From NCBI GenBank assembly GCA_022601435.1, contig JAJACQ010000004.1, positions 102 through 64,101 of the forward strand: 64,000 nucleotides of DNA, written 5' to 3'. Below, one piece after another: positions 45,743-55,341 of this stretch. The first letter of the stretch is position 1, and each line of letters begins with the position of its first letter. The stretch comes from Chlamydiia bacterium. GTDB taxonomy: Bacteria > Chlamydiota > Chlamydiia > Chlamydiales > 2-12-FULL-49-11. A model generated the notes under the pieces. That model was not told the DNA's origin. It was given only the letters and a program-made list of their open reading frames with translations, and did not search any database. The position numbers and the translations under genes were made by a program.

Positions 45743-47008
45743 GTGGACATTGTTTCGTATTTAGAGTCTAGAGGTTTAGTCGAAGAGATCAGCTCTAATG
45801 AACTCAGAGAGTTCTTAAAAACACCTAGATCACTATATATAGGTATAGATCCAACCGCGTCGAGCATTCACCTAGGAAATCTAGTTGGATTAATTGTTCT
45901 TAGGATGTGTCAGAATTTTGGTCATAGACCTGTTGTCGTTATGGGGGGCGCAACTGCTATGATTGGAGATCCATCTGGAAAAAGTGTGGAGAGGCCTCTT
46001 CTGTCTCAAGAAGAGATTGATCAAAATATTGCCAGTATTTCAAAGACTGTAGAATCTTGTCTTGATTATAGTAATGAGAAGACAAAGCCTATCATTTTAA
46101 ATAATACTGATTGGTATAATTCAATGTCGATGATTGATTATTTAAGAGATGTTGGTAAGGGGTTTCGAGTAGGTCCTATGCTTGGGAAAGAAAGTGTTCG
46201 CACAAGGCTTAATTCTGAGCAAGGCATGAGTTATACGGAGTTTAGTTACCAACTTTTACAAGGATATGATTTTTATCATTTGAATAAAGTGCATAATGTG
46301 GAATTACAGATTGGAGGTTCTGATCAGTATGGAAATATTACTGCGGGGATTGATTATACTCGTAAAACAGCATCTAAAAGAGTTTTTGGTTTAGCTTTTC
46401 CTTTATTGACTAGAAGTGATGGAAAGAAGTTTGGAAAATCTGAAGAAGGTGCGATTTGGTTAAGTAGGGATATGTTGTCACCGTTTAACTTTTATCAGCA
46501 TATTTTAAGATTCCCAGATGCAGACATGATTTCTATGATCAAGAGATTAACTTTTTTATCTCTAGAGACAATTAAGGATTTAGAAAAAAGGCAAGTAGCA
46601 GGTGATGTAAAGTCGTTTGAGCTTCAAAAGATTTTAGCTGAGATCTTAACTGAGTTTGTTCATGGTAAAGCTGGACTTGAAGAAGCAAAGTCTGCGACAA
46701 ATGCTATGGCAATTGGATCAGGTGAGGTTAATAAGGAAGCTTTAAAGGCGGCTCTTCCTTCGCTTCCAAAGATTAGCCTTTCTAAAAATGATGTTGTGGG
46801 CTCTTCTTATTTAGAGCTACTATGTAAATCAGGGTTATTGTCTTCTAAGGGCGAGGCTCGTAAATTAATCAAAAATAATGGAGCATATCTTAATCGAATT
46901 CGTGTCGAAGATATCGCTTTAAAAGTGACAGAAGATGATTTATTAGATGGTCATTTTTTATTATTAAGCAGCGGAAAGAAAAAGTCTTTAGTTGTTCAGG
47001 TTGATTAA
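45743..47008 (+). CDS. tyrS: Tyrosyl-tRNA synthetase
   Basis: HIGH-type SIHLGN, KMSKS-type KFGKS, C-terminal S4-like domain (GEARKLIKNNGAYLN). GTG start. Confidence 0.93.
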   Translation: MDIVSYLESRGLVEEISSNELREFLKTPRSLYIGIDPTASSIHLGNLVGLIVLRMCQNFGHRPVVVMGGATAMIGDPSGKSVERPLLSQEEIDQNIASISKTVESCLDYSNEKTKPIILNNTDWYNSMSMIDYLRDVGKGFRVGPMLGKESVRTRLNSEQGMSYTEFSYQLLQGYDFYHLNKVHNVELQIGGSDQYGNITAGIDYTRKTASKRVFGLAFPLLTRSDGKKFGKSEEGAIWLSRDMLSPFNFYQHILRFPDADMISMIKRLTFLSLETIKDLEKRQVAGDVKSFELQKILAEILTEFVHGKAGLEEAKSATNAMAIGSGEVNKEALKAALPSLPKISLSKNDVVGSSYLELLCKSGLLSSKGEARKLIKNNGAYLNRIRVEDIALKVTEDDLLDGHFLLLSSGKKKSLVVQVD

Positions 47009-47233
47009 ATTGATTGTTTTTTAAAAAAAATAGGCTTTTTTTTAAACTTTCTAATTTATTTTTAAATTTTACTTGTAAAAAAAGTTCTATATCTTTCTAA
47101 TATGATAAAAGATCTACAGTTAGGGGTGATGCAAAAACAATTGTATCCCTTACTAGTTATAAAATGTCGGTCTTTAGAAAACAAAAATTATGTTTGATAT
47201 AGAAGACAAAAAGTAAACAAGGAGAAATAAAAT

Positions 47234-47536
47234 ATGGCAACTAAAACAAAAAAACAGTTGATCACAAAAATTGCTACACAAACAAATCAACACCCAAATG
47301 AGGTGAGAGTTATTGTGCAAGCTTTTTTAGATTCAATTACTGATTGTCTATCTGAAGGAGACCGTCTAGAGTTTCGTGATTTTGGGGTTTTTGAAGTTGT
47401 AACAAGAAAACAAAAAATTGGTAGAAATCCAAAGAATGCATCAGTTGCTATTGTGATTCCAGAAAGACAAGCTGTTAAATTTACAGCAGGAAAGAAAATG
47501 AGAATGGTTGTAGAAAGTGAAGCTGCTACAGTTTAA
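47234..47536 (+). CDS. HU/IHF-family DNA-binding protein
   Basis: 100 aa. FGVFEVVTRKQKIGRNPKN...VKFTAGKKM beta-arm signature. AAGGAG RBS. Confidence 0.88.
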   Translation: MATKTKKQLITKIATQTNQHPNEVRVIVQAFLDSITDCLSEGDRLEFRDFGVFEVVTRKQKIGRNPKNASVAIVIPERQAVKFTAGKKMRMVVESEAATV

Positions 47537-47586
47537 TTTTATAAAAAATAGAATGTAGATTTAAACATTACTATTTGATACTGTAA

Positions 47587-47623
47587 CTAGGAGCAAAAAA
47601 GATTTTGCTCCTAGTTTTTTTTT
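47587..47623 (+). terminator. Strong rho-independent terminator
   Basis: 12-bp perfect stem CTAGGAGCAAAA/TTTTGCTCCTAG, loop AAGA, then T9. Confidence 0.85.
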
Positions 47624-47640
47624 ATATTTATTGGAGATCT

Positions 47641-48981
47641 ATGACTTTTTTTTGTGAAGAATCGACAAGTTCTGTTAAAGCGTTATTAACGTTGTTTATT
47701 GATGGTAAGGAAATATCTAAAGAAGATATTTATTTAAGTCTTGATGATGTGTGTTGCATGGAAGATACTTCCATGAAAATTGATGAGCTTTGTCTTCTTT
47801 CGGTGTATTGTTTTATTTCAGGTTTTGAGGATACTTCAAAAGTAAAAGAAGCTCTTGATCAGGTTCATTTACTCAAGCAAGAGAGTTTAACTGATGAGAT
47901 TACATATCAAAAACTTTGTTTATCAAAAGCTCTTTTAAATATGCCTATAGAGGAAAGAAATAAAAAAGAAACGTTTGCTCACATAAAATATTTAACTCGC
48001 TTAGACGATATAGCCCTTTTAGGGGTTGTAACTTTTTTAACAGGTATATTTAGGCAGAAAGAATCGTTTATTATTGAAGGGGTAAAAATATCAGAGCTTT
48101 TGATTTCTTTGATTAATGATTCAGGGGAGATGGATGCTTTTTTTCTACTTGATAAAGGGGTGTATAAAAAAGATAGCCTAAGAGCGTCTATTTTTATATT
48201 AATGTCTCTTTATGGTTCGTTAGTTGACTCACAAAGATGTAATGATTTGTTACCAAAACTAGATCCTTATGAAGGTGGTCTTTTTCAAACTTTAGATATA
48301 GAGCAAAGGTTATTGTGTAGATTGCTAGAGAAGGCGCTATCTTGTCGAAATAATGAAGCAAAGATAAAAGAAACACCTCAAGAAGTAGAAGGGCTGTTAA
48401 ATTTACAAAGTGATGGATTCTCGTTTAAATCATCTCTTTATCATAAAGTAGGAATTGGAAGTTTAAGTCATCTAGACAAGCTGGTAATTCCTTCTTTTGG
48501 TCCCCATGTATTGCCATTAGGAAAAAGTGATCTATATGGATTAAAACAGCCTCTTGCTTTAAATGGAGACGTGACTGATGAAGGTCTTTCTATGTGGAGC
48601 CGCGTAGCGTCCACAGAAGAATACGGCTTGCATTGGATACATTCATTGATTAAGTGCCAAGATAATATTTGTAAAATAGAATCTTTTGTGTGGTCTGCAA
48701 AAGCAGAAGAAGGTTTAAGTCTTGTGTTTTTTCTAAGAGGGAAATCCATTAAAGTGCTTGATAAAGTCTATAATTCAGGTGGATTAGAAAGAGCTTATGT
48801 TGAAACTTCTAAAATTGATCTAGATGTTGATGGAAGAAATATGCAGATTTTATTGAAGGCGCCTTTGCAAGTTGAAATCATTCCCTTAGCTGGACAAGAA
48901 TTTTTCTGGAATAGCGATTTTATTGTTTCCTTTCCATTTTTTAAAAGTAACGTTTTGTCAATTGACTTTGTTATGGATTGA
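47641..48981 (+). CDS. Hypothetical protein (446 aa)
   Basis: ATG 47641 (MTFFCEES) is preferred, because the track's TTG start lies inside the upstream terminator. No family recognised. Sits between the HU gene and accA. Confidence 0.7.
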   Translation: MTFFCEESTSSVKALLTLFIDGKEISKEDIYLSLDDVCCMEDTSMKIDELCLLSVYCFISGFEDTSKVKEALDQVHLLKQESLTDEITYQKLCLSKALLNMPIEERNKKETFAHIKYLTRLDDIALLGVVTFLTGIFRQKESFIIEGVKISELLISLINDSGEMDAFFLLDKGVYKKDSLRASIFILMSLYGSLVDSQRCNDLLPKLDPYEGGLFQTLDIEQRLLCRLLEKALSCRNNEAKIKETPQEVEGLLNLQSDGFSFKSSLYHKVGIGSLSHLDKLVIPSFGPHVLPLGKSDLYGLKQPLALNGDVTDEGLSMWSRVASTEEYGLHWIHSLIKCQDNICKIESFVWSAKAEEGLSLVFFLRGKSIKVLDKVYNSGGLERAYVETSKIDLDVDGRNMQILLKAPLQVEIIPLAGQEFFWNSDFIVSFPFFKSNVLSIDFVMD

Positions 48982-49027
48982 TTTAAACAAGTTTTTGTAA
49001 TAATATCACTCTAAAAAGGGAGTTGCT

Positions 49028-49954
49028 GTGATATCTAGAAGATTGATTATCTATTTTTCATTAACATTGTTATTGGCTGTGGGTTTTGCTTATTATACTA
49101 AAGAAGATAAACCTCAAGAAGTAGTGGAAAAAGAAGCAGTCGTACAAAAGCCAAATAAAGTCGCAGTTGAAAGTACTTCTGAGCCAAAAAAACAAGTAAA
49201 TCAAATAAGGCGCTTTTTTTCTAGAGGGATAGATAAGTTTCCGATTGTAGAGACGGTGACTTATACAAGCCGCGTAGAATGGCTTAAAGGAAGACCTGCT
49301 TGGATTGCAGATTATGCATCTCATTACAATACCTCAAGACATTTTATTGCCAGAAGTCTTAATGGAAAGGAAGATTACATTTCTCAAAAGGTGTCACCAG
49401 GTGATAACTTTAACATACTTAAACCCGATAAAGAAGTTTCTTTTCATCTGTTAGTAGATCTATCTAAATGCACGGCTAAGTTTTCTTATGAAGATCATGA
49501 AACAAACGAAATAGTTGAAATAAAGACATATCCTGTTGGTGTAGGGCGTAAAGATTCTTATTCACCATCTGGATGTTTAACTCCTCTTGGCAAGTATAAG
49601 CTAGGTCAGAAGATTGCGATTTATAAACGTGGAGTAGAGAACTATTTTCAGAATAAAAAGACTCATATGATGGAAATATTTGGAACTCGGTGGATTCCAT
49701 TTGCAGAAGAAGTAGAAAATTGTACTGATAGTGCAAAGGGCTATGGAATTCATGGGCTTCCTTTTATTTATAATGAAGAAAAAGATGAATACATTGAAGA
49801 CATAAGTGTTTTAGGTCAATATGACAGTGATGGCTGTCTTCGTTTTTTAGAAAAAGATATCAATGAGATTTTCTCTATTGTAATTACGAAACCAACTTAT
49901 GTGGAAATTGTGAAAGGATCAGAAGATGAAAGCTCAATCAGGTGTGAAAAATAA
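49028..49954 (+). CDS. L,D-transpeptidase (YkuD) domain protein
   Basis: N-terminal TM anchor. Catalytic region YGIHGLP...GQYDSDGCLRF (the H...S-x-G-C-x-R signature). Confidence 0.75.
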   Translation: MISRRLIIYFSLTLLLAVGFAYYTKEDKPQEVVEKEAVVQKPNKVAVESTSEPKKQVNQIRRFFSRGIDKFPIVETVTYTSRVEWLKGRPAWIADYASHYNTSRHFIARSLNGKEDYISQKVSPGDNFNILKPDKEVSFHLLVDLSKCTAKFSYEDHETNEIVEIKTYPVGVGRKDSYSPSGCLTPLGKYKLGQKIAIYKRGVENYFQNKKTHMMEIFGTRWIPFAEEVENCTDSAKGYGIHGLPFIYNEEKDEYIEDISVLGQYDSDGCLRFLEKDINEIFSIVITKPTYVEIVKGSEDESSIRCEK

Positions 49955-50732
49955 GCTTTCGGCGATTGAAAGGGTAGCTATTGCTAGACAGTCTTCAAGA
50001 CCTAAGGGTTTTGATGTGATTAAAGCGATTTCTTCTACTTATGAAGAATTGCATGGTGATCGTATTCATGGGGATGATAAAGCGCTCATCTGTGGCGTAT
50101 GCGAGTTAAATAATCAAAGAACAGTTTTTATTGCTCAACACAAAGGTTCAAATGCAGAAGAGAGAAAAGAGCATAATTTTGGCATGTGTAGTCCTGAGGG
50201 TTTTTTAAAAGCTCAAAGAATGATGCGGTTAGCAGAGCGTTTTAACCTTCCTGTGCTTACTATTGTAGATACGCCTGGTGCCTATCCTGGTCTTGATGCA
50301 GAAAAGAAAGGTCAATCAAGAGCAATAGCTGATAATCTTTTTGAGATGAGTGCTTTACAAGCTCCTATTGTTTCATTAGTTCTTGCAGAAGGTTGTTCAG
50401 GTGGTGCTTTAGGAATTTGTGTAAGTGACTATATTTTAATGTTAGAGCATGCTTATTTTTCAGTGATTGCCCCTGAAGGATGTGCTTCTATTTTGTGGAA
50501 GGATGTAAGAAAGAAAAGGCTTGCTGCAGAGCAATTGAAAATGCAATCAGAAGATCTACTTTCTTTTGGAATGGTTGATAAAGTGATCAAAGAAGGTGAG
50601 GGGTTTCATTTAAATTATGAGAGGCTTTTTCCACTCATTAAATCAGAGATATTAAATAGTATTAATCAATTACAAAAGCTTTCTTTCGAAGCATTGTTAG
50701 AAAGAAGATATAAAAAATATCGCTCTTTTTAA
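49926..50732 (+). CDS. accA: Acetyl-CoA carboxylase carboxyltransferase alpha subunit (short N-terminus)
   Basis: VDTPGAYPGLDAEKKGQSRAIA, AEGCSGGALG and SVIAPEGCASILWKD. 268 aa, lacking the ~50 N-terminal residues of E. coli AccA. Confidence 0.88.
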   Translation: MKAQSGVKNKLSAIERVAIARQSSRPKGFDVIKAISSTYEELHGDRIHGDDKALICGVCELNNQRTVFIAQHKGSNAEERKEHNFGMCSPEGFLKAQRMMRLAERFNLPVLTIVDTPGAYPGLDAEKKGQSRAIADNLFEMSALQAPIVSLVLAEGCSGGALGICVSDYILMLEHAYFSVIAPEGCASILWKDVRKKRLAAEQLKMQSEDLLSFGMVDKVIKEGEGFHLNYERLFPLIKSEILNSINQLQKLSFEALLERRYKKYRSF

Positions 50733-50754
50733 TATGTTTTGATAATATATATCT

Positions 50755-52530
50755 ATGAAAATATTTTTTAAAATCCTTTCTAAGGTTAAGCATCATTATG
50801 TTTTATTTATATTCTCGCTGCTTGCATTGTTAGGTCTGACAGTTTTTAATCAGTTAGAAATTGTGGTGTTTGGTGCTATTGCAAAAACAGGAAGTCCTAT
50901 AGCTTCTATACAAAATGATAAATTAACTTTAATTATTTCGTGGATTAAAAATCTTCTTTTTTTAGAATCTAATTCTTTTTCCTCTATGATTGCTGTATTT
51001 GTTTTTGTAGGTTTGAGTAAAGCTGTATCTTTGTTTTTCAATAAGTATTTAACGAATATATTAGCGGTGAGAATTTGTAGAGATTTAAGAAATCAATGCT
51101 ATGCGCACATGCAAAAACTTCCGCTTAGCTTTTTTTCTAAATACGACAGAGGTAAGCTTTCCACAAGGGTAATTACCGATGTTAATCAAATGTCTCTTTC
51201 CTTTAATTCCTTTGTAACAAATTATATTCACTTACCTTTTATTGTACTTAGTACTTTAAGTCTTTGCTTTATCCTTTCATGGAAGTTAACTTTGATTTTA
51301 GGGGTAGCAATGCCGCTTGTTGCTGTACCTTTGAAATTGATCACTATGAAAATAAGAAGAATTTCATTTGATATGCAAAAAAAGCAAGAGTCATTTGCTT
51401 CTATTATTATTGATCACCTTTCTGGAATTTTTACGATTAAGTCATATCAATTAGAAAAGTATTCAATGGGTAAATACGCAGAAGAAAATTTACGGATGAC
51501 GAGCTTCGACGAAAAGATTCAAAAGTATGATAAGATGTCTAGGCCTATTACGCATTTTATGATGACAGTGATTTTGATTTGTATCATGTATATAGGGATT
51601 CATGTTTTAGGATTGAGCTTTCCGGATTTAATTGTGTATTGCATGGTGATTCATATGTTATATCCGCCTTTTAAGCAATTTTCAGATGAAAATGCAAGCG
51701 TTCAAAAAGGCATTGTTGCAGCCAATAGACTTTTTGATATTCTAAATGAGGAACCGGAAAAATCCACAGGGAAATTAGAAGTTTTTGAATTGAAAAATAG
51801 CCTTATATTTAATAACTTGTTTTTTTCTTATGGTACTGAATTGGTGTTAGAAGATCTTTCTTTTGATATTCAAAAAGGAGAAGTTTTAGCAATTACGGGA
51901 GCTACAGGTTCAGGAAAGTCAACACTTCTAAAGCTCTTTTCTCGTCTTTATGATATCTCTTCAGGAGAGATTTTTTTTGATGGAGTGAATATAAAGAATG
52001 TATCGCTTTCATCATTAAGAGATCAATTTGGGTTAGTAGCTCAAGAGTCTTTCTTTTTTAATGATACAGTTAGATCTAATTTAATTTTTGATGCTGATAT
52101 TGACGAAGTTACTATGATAGAAGCGTGTAAAACTGCGTGCATTCATGATTTTATTCTTACATTGGATGATGGCTATGATACTGTGATTGAAGAGATGGGA
52201 AAAAATTTATCTGGAGGTCAAAAGCAAAGACTTTCGATTGCGCGTGCGTTAATTAGAAAAGCCTCTATATTACTTTTGGATGAGGCGACCTCGTCATTAG
52301 ATGCTGTCAGTGAAAAGCTGATCTCAGAGTCTTTACAGAAGATGAAAGGGGAGATGACTCAAGTAATTGTTGCTCATAGACTATCTACAATTCAACATGC
52401 GGATAAAGTGCTTTATTTGGAGCATGGGAAGATCAAAGCCTTCGGAACTCTTGCTGAAGTGTTAGATAAAGCCCCAGGATTTGCTGCTATGTGGGATGCT
52501 TCCCAGTTAGAAGCCGCTGAGATGGTTTAA
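50755..52530 (+). CDS. ABC exporter, fused permease-ATPase (MsbA-like)
   Basis: Six-TM N-terminal half. Walker A GATGSGKST, signature LSGGQKQR, Walker B LLLDEATS. Confidence 0.88.
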   Translation: MKIFFKILSKVKHHYVLFIFSLLALLGLTVFNQLEIVVFGAIAKTGSPIASIQNDKLTLIISWIKNLLFLESNSFSSMIAVFVFVGLSKAVSLFFNKYLTNILAVRICRDLRNQCYAHMQKLPLSFFSKYDRGKLSTRVITDVNQMSLSFNSFVTNYIHLPFIVLSTLSLCFILSWKLTLILGVAMPLVAVPLKLITMKIRRISFDMQKKQESFASIIIDHLSGIFTIKSYQLEKYSMGKYAEENLRMTSFDEKIQKYDKMSRPITHFMMTVILICIMYIGIHVLGLSFPDLIVYCMVIHMLYPPFKQFSDENASVQKGIVAANRLFDILNEEPEKSTGKLEVFELKNSLIFNNLFFSYGTELVLEDLSFDIQKGEVLAITGATGSGKSTLLKLFSRLYDISSGEIFFDGVNIKNVSLSSLRDQFGLVAQESFFFNDTVRSNLIFDADIDEVTMIEACKTACIHDFILTLDDGYDTVIEEMGKNLSGGQKQRLSIARALIRKASILLLDEATSSLDAVSEKLISESLQKMKGEMTQVIVAHRLSTIQHADKVLYLEHGKIKAFGTLAEVLDKAPGFAAMWDASQLEAAEMV

Positions 52531-53222
52531 ATAAGCGCTAAATGCTCGAGAGTTTCTTTTAGCTCTGTATTATCTTCTTTGTCTAAAGCTCCAGATTTAG
52601 AAAGCCACATCAAATAGCTCTTAGGAACCTTAGCAAGAGGAGTGCCTCTGTGTTTTCCAAAGGGCATTTGTGTAATCGGACCGCTTTTCTTGTTGAGAAG
52701 TGTATATATGTCTTCAAGGCTTAGATCGCCAGTGAGTTGCTCAAAGACTTGTTTCATAACCATCACATCATCAAGGGCGCGGTGAGCATTATTGGACTCA
52801 ATGCCATAAAGCTCTCTTAAATATTGTAAATTGTATTTTGGTAAATCAGGTCTATACTTTCTAGCCCACTTAAGTGTGTCGATATAAGGAAATTTAGGAA
52901 GATTTACTTCTGCTCTTTTAAATTCTTCTCTTAGAAAGTGTTTATCAAAGCCATCATTGTTGTGTGCGATTAAAACAATTTCACCTTCGCAAAATTCAAG
53001 CATCTGCAAAGCAACTTCTTTAAAGTTTGGGGCATCTTTAACCATATCTGTAGTGATACCAGTGATTTTGGTTGATTCATCAGGAATAGCCATTCCAGGA
53101 TTCACAAAAGTACACATAGAAGTATCGTTTGTTGCGTCATAGATTGCTATTTCAATGATTCTATCACTATCTGGTTTAAGCCCTGTAGTTTCTAAATCGT
53201 AATATAATGCTCTTCTTGCCAT
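52527..53222 (-). CDS. DnaQ-like 3'-5' exonuclease fused to a DUF3820-like C-terminal domain
   Basis: Exo I YYDLETTGL, Exo II AHNNDGFDKHFL, Exo III HRALDDV. C-terminal PFGKHRGTPLAKVPKSYLMWL. Confidence 0.8.
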   Translation of the reverse strand: MARRALYYDLETTGLKPDSDRIIEIAIYDATNDTSMCTFVNPGMAIPDESTKITGITTDMVKDAPNFKEVALQMLEFCEGEIVLIAHNNDGFDKHFLREEFKRAEVNLPKFPYIDTLKWARKYRPDLPKYNLQYLRELYGIESNNAHRALDDVMVMKQVFEQLTGDLSLEDIYTLLNKKSGPITQMPFGKHRGTPLAKVPKSYLMWLSKSGALDKEDNTELKETLEHLALI

Positions 53223-53310
53223 AAGTTAAAATTATATGAAAAACATTAATTTTGTCATAGCAAAACAAATCCTTTGCTGATAACCCTAAAAGTAATAGAA
53301 TAGTGTTTTT

Positions 53311-54351
53311 TTGGAAAAGGGTATGCAAAAGAAAGATCCATATGATCAAATAGAGTTTTATAAGGCAGACGCTAAATCAGTTATAGCTGATATGGGACAA
53401 GATTTGGCTTTATCTATGTTAGATGAAATGCTTTTAATTAGGCATTTTGAAACTCGGGGTGAGCAAAGTTATCAGCAAGGAAAGGTTTGGGGATTTTATC
53501 ATTCCTATATCGGTCAAGAAGCTGTTCAAACAGGTATTACTAATGCTTTAGGTAAAAAAAAGAACTTATATGCAGCAACTTATCGTTGCCATGCGCTTGC
53601 TTTGCTTTTAGGCATGAGTCCTGAAAGTGGTATGGCTGAGCTTTTTGGTAAAGAAACCGGAAATGCAGGAGGGCGTGGTGGTTCGATGCATATGTATTCT
53701 GATAATATGTTTGGTGGATCAGGAATTGTCGGAGGACAATGGCCTTTAGGGGCAGGACTTGCTTTTTCTTTGAAGTACAGAGATATAAAAGATGAAGTAG
53801 CTGTCGTATTTGGAGGGGATGGCTCAATTCCTCAAGGCACATTCCATGAGTCTATGAATTTAGCAAAGCTTTGGAAACTTCCTTTGATTGTGGTTATTGA
53901 AAATAATCGTATTAGTATGGGGACGCAGCTTGAAAGGACACTTGCAAACTTCCCAATTGCTGAGAATATGTCTAAGGCTTATGATATTACAGCATACACC
54001 GTTGATGGTATGTGTATAACTGATGTCTATGATCTGTTTAAAAAGGTGAAAGCAGAAGTCCTTGAAACATCAGAACCTGTAATGATAGAAGTTATGTGTG
54101 ATCGCTTTAAAGGGCATTCTATTTCAGATGCGGCAACATACCGAACTAAAGAAGATATAGAGAATATAAAAAAGAAAGATCCTATCGTAAGTTATACAAA
54201 TGCTTTAAAAGAATTTTGTGGATTTACCGATGAAGAATTAGAAAAAAGAAGTGCTGCACAAAAACAGATTGTAGTAAATGCTGTAAAAATGGCAGATGAG
54301 GCAAGTTATCCAAGCGTTGATTCCTTGGAAGAGGGGGTAATTGTCGAATGA
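53311..54351 (+). CDS. pdhA: Pyruvate dehydrogenase E1 alpha subunit
   Basis: TPP-binding FGGDGSIPQGTFHESMNLA...IENN. Heterodimeric E1 type. An alternative start is the ATG at 53323. Confidence 0.9.
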   Translation: MEKGMQKKDPYDQIEFYKADAKSVIADMGQDLALSMLDEMLLIRHFETRGEQSYQQGKVWGFYHSYIGQEAVQTGITNALGKKKNLYAATYRCHALALLLGMSPESGMAELFGKETGNAGGRGGSMHMYSDNMFGGSGIVGGQWPLGAGLAFSLKYRDIKDEVAVVFGGDGSIPQGTFHESMNLAKLWKLPLIVVIENNRISMGTQLERTLANFPIAENMSKAYDITAYTVDGMCITDVYDLFKKVKAEVLETSEPVMIEVMCDRFKGHSISDAATYRTKEDIENIKKKDPIVSYTNALKEFCGFTDEELEKRSAAQKQIVVNAVKMADEASYPSVDSLEEGVIVE

Positions 54352-55331
54352 GAGAGATTACAATTAGAGATGCAATAAGAGAGGCCATTGATGAAGAGAT
54401 GACTCGTGATGATAAAGTCTTTTTACTTGGTGAGGAAGTTGCTCAATACAATGGTGCTTATAAAATATCTAAAGGTTTACTGGATAAATATGGCGATAAA
54501 AGAATTATAGATACTCCCATTGTAGAAGGTGGCTTTTCAGGTCTTGCCACAGGAGCAGCACTTACTGGCCTTCGTCCTATTGTAGAATTTATGAGTTTTA
54601 ACTTTTCGTTTGTCGCATTTGATCAAATAGTAAATAACGCGATGAAAATCCATTATATGTCTGGAGGCAGATTTACAGTTCCAATCGTCTTTAGAGGTCC
54701 GAATGGAGCAGCCGCGCGTGTCTCTTGTCAACATTCTCATAATGTAGAACCTTTATATGCTCATCTACCTGGTTGTATAATTGTGGCACCATCGACAGCT
54801 TATGATTCCAAAGGCTTGTTAAAAGCTGCTATTCGAAATAACAATCCTGTATTCTTTTTAGAAAATGAAATGCTTTATAACAATAAAGGCGAAGTGCCTG
54901 ATCATGATTATACTGTTGAAATCGGAAAAGCAAAAGTTTTAAATGAAGGAAAGCATATAACTCTTATTTCATATTCACGTATGATTTATTATTGCGACGA
55001 AGTTGTGCAAGAATATAAGAAGAGAGGAATAGAAATTGAACTGATTGATCTAAGAACAATTAAACCTTTAGATGTGGGAACTATTGTTGCATCTGCAAAA
55101 AAAACAGGACGTGTTGTTGTCGTTGAAGAAGGACATAAATATGCAGGTATCTGTGCAGAGGTTATTTCAGTACTTCAAGAGTTTTGCTTGGATTATTTAG
55201 ATGCTCCAATAAAGCGTGTTTGTCAAATGGAAACTCCACTTCCATATTCACCACCTTTAGAAGCTGAAACAATTCCAAATACAAAAAGAATTAAAAATGC
55301 TATAGATGAAATTTTAGTAGGGGTGAAATAA
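54348..55331 (+). CDS. pdhB: Pyruvate dehydrogenase E1 beta subunit
   Basis: 327 aa transketolase-like pyrimidine-binding and C-terminal domains (EEVAQYNGAYK, DTPIVEGGF). ATGA overlap with pdhA. Confidence 0.9.
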   Translation: MREITIRDAIREAIDEEMTRDDKVFLLGEEVAQYNGAYKISKGLLDKYGDKRIIDTPIVEGGFSGLATGAALTGLRPIVEFMSFNFSFVAFDQIVNNAMKIHYMSGGRFTVPIVFRGPNGAAARVSCQHSHNVEPLYAHLPGCIIVAPSTAYDSKGLLKAAIRNNNPVFFLENEMLYNNKGEVPDHDYTVEIGKAKVLNEGKHITLISYSRMIYYCDEVVQEYKKRGIEIELIDLRTIKPLDVGTIVASAKKTGRVVVVEEGHKYAGICAEVISVLQEFCLDYLDAPIKRVCQMETPLPYSPPLEAETIPNTKRIKNAIDEILVGVK

Positions 55332-55341
55332 AAGACATCAG

